Shown here piece by piece: positions 28,077 to 30,360 of a stretch of DNA of 30,360 nt (positions are counted from its first letter, which is position 1; each line of letters opens with the position of its first letter). A program made the position numbers and the translations under genes. This DNA comes from a virus (taxonomy: Duplodnaviria > Caudoviricetes), in IMG/VR virus record IMGVR_UViG_3300032084_002908, positions 1 through 30,360 of that record. The stretch is one strand, 5' to 3'. Under the pieces are notes generated by a model. The model was not told the origin of the DNA, ran no database searches, and saw nothing but the letters and a program-made list of their open reading frames with translations.

Positions 28077-28105
28077 TGTGCCTCACAGTTTCCTCTCAAA
28101 AAGGA

Positions 28106-29323
28106 CTAGAAGTCCAAGCGAATTCTGAACGTGATGTCCTTCTCATCGTTCTTCTCAATCGGTCTCGAAACTTTTGCAACTGCTAACAGATTACCGAACT
28201 CATCATGCAAGCCAACGGTTGTTGGCATCGTAAATGTGCGCTGTACGTCTTCCTGACCATTGTCAATAACTCTAATACGACCAGTCGTATCGACGAAAGT
28301 TGGGTTAGTCGAGTAATTGAACTCATCTGCAGTTGCACGGCAGAAAATGAGAGTTGAATTGATGTTTGTGTTATTTTGGAATGTTGCTGCTGTCAATGAA
28401 CCTGACTGGAATCTAGTCGATGCAACATGGTCCACAATATCATCGATAGATGCTGACACGAAAAAGTCAGGAATCAATTTAGCATCTGGATTTCCAGCTA
28501 GCGAGCCTATGACCGCAGTGCCTCCGGATGCCATGGCATCAATTGTGCCCGACATTCTTTGAGAGCCAGAGAAAATCGTATTTGCATCCAATACTACTGT
28601 GCCGGCATCATAAAAGATCAAGCCAACAGTCTCATTAGTATTAGCAGCATTCTTAATGTTTCCAACTGCACCACCAAACGTTCTTTCCTGAGATGTTGAG
28701 GCGCCGATATCGGTGAAAATAGCAGATCCGTCTACGGAAGTGACGTTCACATTTGGCGCAGCGGAAGCCGATGAGCCGCTTCGGTATATTCTAGTAGCGA
28801 ACGTCTCTCTCTTGATGCCGTCTCGAGAAAACAAACGCTTGAAAGACATAAAAACTGCGTTGTCTATTCGATTGGTGGCAGTGTCGCCAGGAGTTGAAAC
28901 TATCTGGAATGGTGCGTAAAATGCTTGCTCTGCATCTCCTAGGAGAGTTGAAGCGTACTGGCGATAAATGTCGACCTTTTCTCGCATCATGAGAGACTGA
29001 GATGGGAACAACAGCTTTCCTGCACTGTCCTCACCGGTCTTGGCATCCTGTACTGTCGAACCGCTGTACCAAAGGCCTACAGTCATATCAAGAACCGGGT
29101 TAGCAGTTTGGAGCGTGAAATCTTGATCGTACACCGTCTGGAACAGAGAAGACGTTACGCCGGGCCCAATTCCGCCTGTCACAAAAACTTGATAAGCTCT
29201 GCGCGTAGAAGAACCAGAAATGTCTTCTTGAATCACGTCTACAAGCTGGTTCAGTACTGAACGTGTGACTTTAATGTCTTCTGGTGAAATTCTTTTGAAG
29301 CTGCCGCCTACTACTCTTGCCAT
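28106..29323 (-). CDS. Virion structural protein (baseplate wedge/tail-collar-like)
   Basis: C-terminal FNYSTNPTF...TTVGLHDEFGNLLAVAKVSRPIEK...FRIRLDF; S/T/G-rich; GAGG RBS. Confidence 0.72.
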   Translation of the reverse strand: MARVVGGSFKRISPEDIKVTRSVLNQLVDVIQEDISGSSTRRAYQVFVTGGIGPGVTSSLFQTVYDQDFTLQTANPVLDMTVGLWYSGSTVQDAKTGEDSAGKLLFPSQSLMMREKVDIYRQYASTLLGDAEQAFYAPFQIVSTPGDTATNRIDNAVFMSFKRLFSRDGIKRETFATRIYRSGSSASAAPNVNVTSVDGSAIFTDIGASTSQERTFGGAVGNIKNAANTNETVGLIFYDAGTVVLDANTIFSGSQRMSGTIDAMASGGTAVIGSLAGNPDAKLIPDFFVSASIDDIVDHVASTRFQSGSLTAATFQNNTNINSTLIFCRATADEFNYSTNPTFVDTTGRIRVIDNGQEDVQRTFTMPTTVGLHDEFGNLLAVAKVSRPIEKNDEKDITFRIRLDF

Positions 29324-29338
29324 CTTTTTTACCCTCTA

Positions 29339-30037
29339 TTATTTCGAAATCGAAACTTGGAATTCTTTTCTCAGACCAGATTGGTCACCGACGACAGCAA
29401 CAACGGCTTTGATCGTTGTTCCGTTGCCGTAAACATTGAACGTTGTATCATCAAGACCAGGATTCAAAAGCAAGTCAAAATCAGTCTGAGCTCCATTGGC
29501 ACTAGTTGTCGTCTTTCTAGTAATATTGTAACTAGCAATACGAGAATTAGGCTCAACCTGAAGTGGCGTGGCCTTCTCGATGGTGAGAAAACGATCTGGA
29601 ACGAATACGGTAAAAGTCACATCGCTAGTTCCATCTGGGATTCTAGTCTCAGAATCGATCCTCTGTTCTACCTTGACATTGTTTTTAGTATTTGCATTTT
29701 TAGTAAAGCTAATCACGTTATTTGTTAGACTATCCGAGCCAACAATGGAAAGCGTAGGAAGCCTAATAATTGTTGGATCTGGCAGCGTGAGCAAACGGTG
29801 CTTCAAAGCCAAGTCGCCCTTTGTCTGAGCCTCAAATACAGGTGTGTTTTTAGTAATTTTTTCTTTACCAACGGTTCGACCGAACTTTTCGATCGTAGTG
29901 TAATCCACCTCGTCGTCTGCCAAAGAAAAGAATGCAATTTTAAAACTACCGTTATTGTCGGCTAGCTTTCGACGGCCGGCATCAGTCAGCACTGCGTCGA
30001 TAATAATGTTATTAGTTGAATGATCAAGAAAACCCAT
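29339..30037 (-). CDS. Putative virion structural protein (baseplate-associated)
   Basis: AGGAG RBS. N-terminal DAVLTDAGRRKLA...FKIAFFSLADDEVDY followed by a beta-rich region. Confidence 0.72.
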   Translation of the reverse strand: MGFLDHSTNNIIIDAVLTDAGRRKLADNNGSFKIAFFSLADDEVDYTTIEKFGRTVGKEKITKNTPVFEAQTKGDLALKHRLLTLPDPTIIRLPTLSIVGSDSLTNNVISFTKNANTKNNVKVEQRIDSETRIPDGTSDVTFTVFVPDRFLTIEKATPLQVEPNSRIASYNITRKTTTSANGAQTDFDLLLNPGLDDTTFNVYGNGTTIKAVVAVVGDQSGLRKEFQVSISK

Positions 30038-30056
30038 TGTTAGTTACTCCTGGTCT

Positions 30057-30065
30057 GTAAATATT
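30057..30065 (-). promoter_or_regulatory. Putative late promoter AATATTTAC
   Basis: Recurring motif upstream of the AGGAG of 29339..30037. Confidence 0.5.
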
Positions 30066-30096
30066 CACAAAATGAAGTCAACGTAAATTTGTATTT

Positions 30097-30360
30097 TTAC
30101 GATGGCCCTTCAACATTGTTTATGTAAATTTCTGCTGTTGTTGATTTCTGCAAATCTAGATTGATAAAGTGTATTTTATATTTGCCATCAGAATTCTGAT
30201 CTACAAACACGTTCCTCTCTTGTCCATCTCGATCTGATACCAACTTGGCATCAGGCGTAAAGTAAACTCTCACAGTCTGTCTTCCGCTATCAAAAATAGC
30301 ATCTTGAGTGAAACTGTCAACTGCGATGTTATCATCTAAGTCAGGATCCACAAAAAAGTT
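30097..30360 (-). CDS. C-terminal end of a hypothetical (probably structural) protein, truncated by the right edge
   Basis: The frame of ORF 30097..30351 stays open to 30360 (AAC TTT TTT GTG...); beta-rich tail VRVYFTPD...YKIHFINLD. Confidence 0.65.
   Translation of the reverse strand, partial: NFFVDPDLDDNIAVDSFTQDAIFDSGRQTVRVYFTPDAKLVSDRDGQERNVFVDQNSDGKYKIHFINLDLQKSTTAEIYINNVEGPS

Larger units (their letters stand above)
1..30360 (-). mobile_element. Fragment of a large T4-like (myovirus, probably jumbo) phage genome: head/neck/tail morphogenesis region with an embedded recombination block
   Basis: Co-oriented terminase, portal, protease, scaffold, gp23-like capsid, gp13/14/15-like neck genes and two tail sheaths. 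No host genes, integrase or att sites are visible, so there is no evidence that it is a prophage. Confidence 0.95.

Noticed and set aside
1-30360. Alternative genetic code (stop-codon reassignment, as in some large phages)
   Set aside because: Conserved genes are full length under code 11, and TAA, TAG and TGA all terminate genes at sensible positions.

Overview
The window is a fragment of a large, probably jumbo, T4-like myovirus genome. It is densely coded, every credible gene lies on the minus strand, and it uses the standard genetic code with AGGAG/GGAG Shine-Dalgarno sites. In transcription order (right to left) it holds baseplate/tail-collar-like virion proteins, a RuvC-like resolvase, a DnaG-type primase, a natural Mre11-Rad50 (SbcD-SbcC) fusion, two small unknowns, large terminase, portal, an unknown, prohead protease, five small unknown head-region genes, an acidic scaffold and the gp23-like major capsid protein with its terminator. 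After these come three small genes, neck proteins gp13/gp14, a gp15-like protein and two tandem paralogous tail-sheath genes; the second runs off the left edge and is missing from the ORF track. The most notable observations are a recurring degenerate late-promoter motif (RATANWTAS, 8 copies), a translationally coupled resolvase/primase/Mre11-Rad50 block inside the structural operon, an atypical CX6C Rad50 hook, a possibly split tail-collar domain, and enrichment of [ST]-G-[ST] tripeptides in putative outer virion proteins. All family assignments come from motifs recognised by eye; no searches were run.
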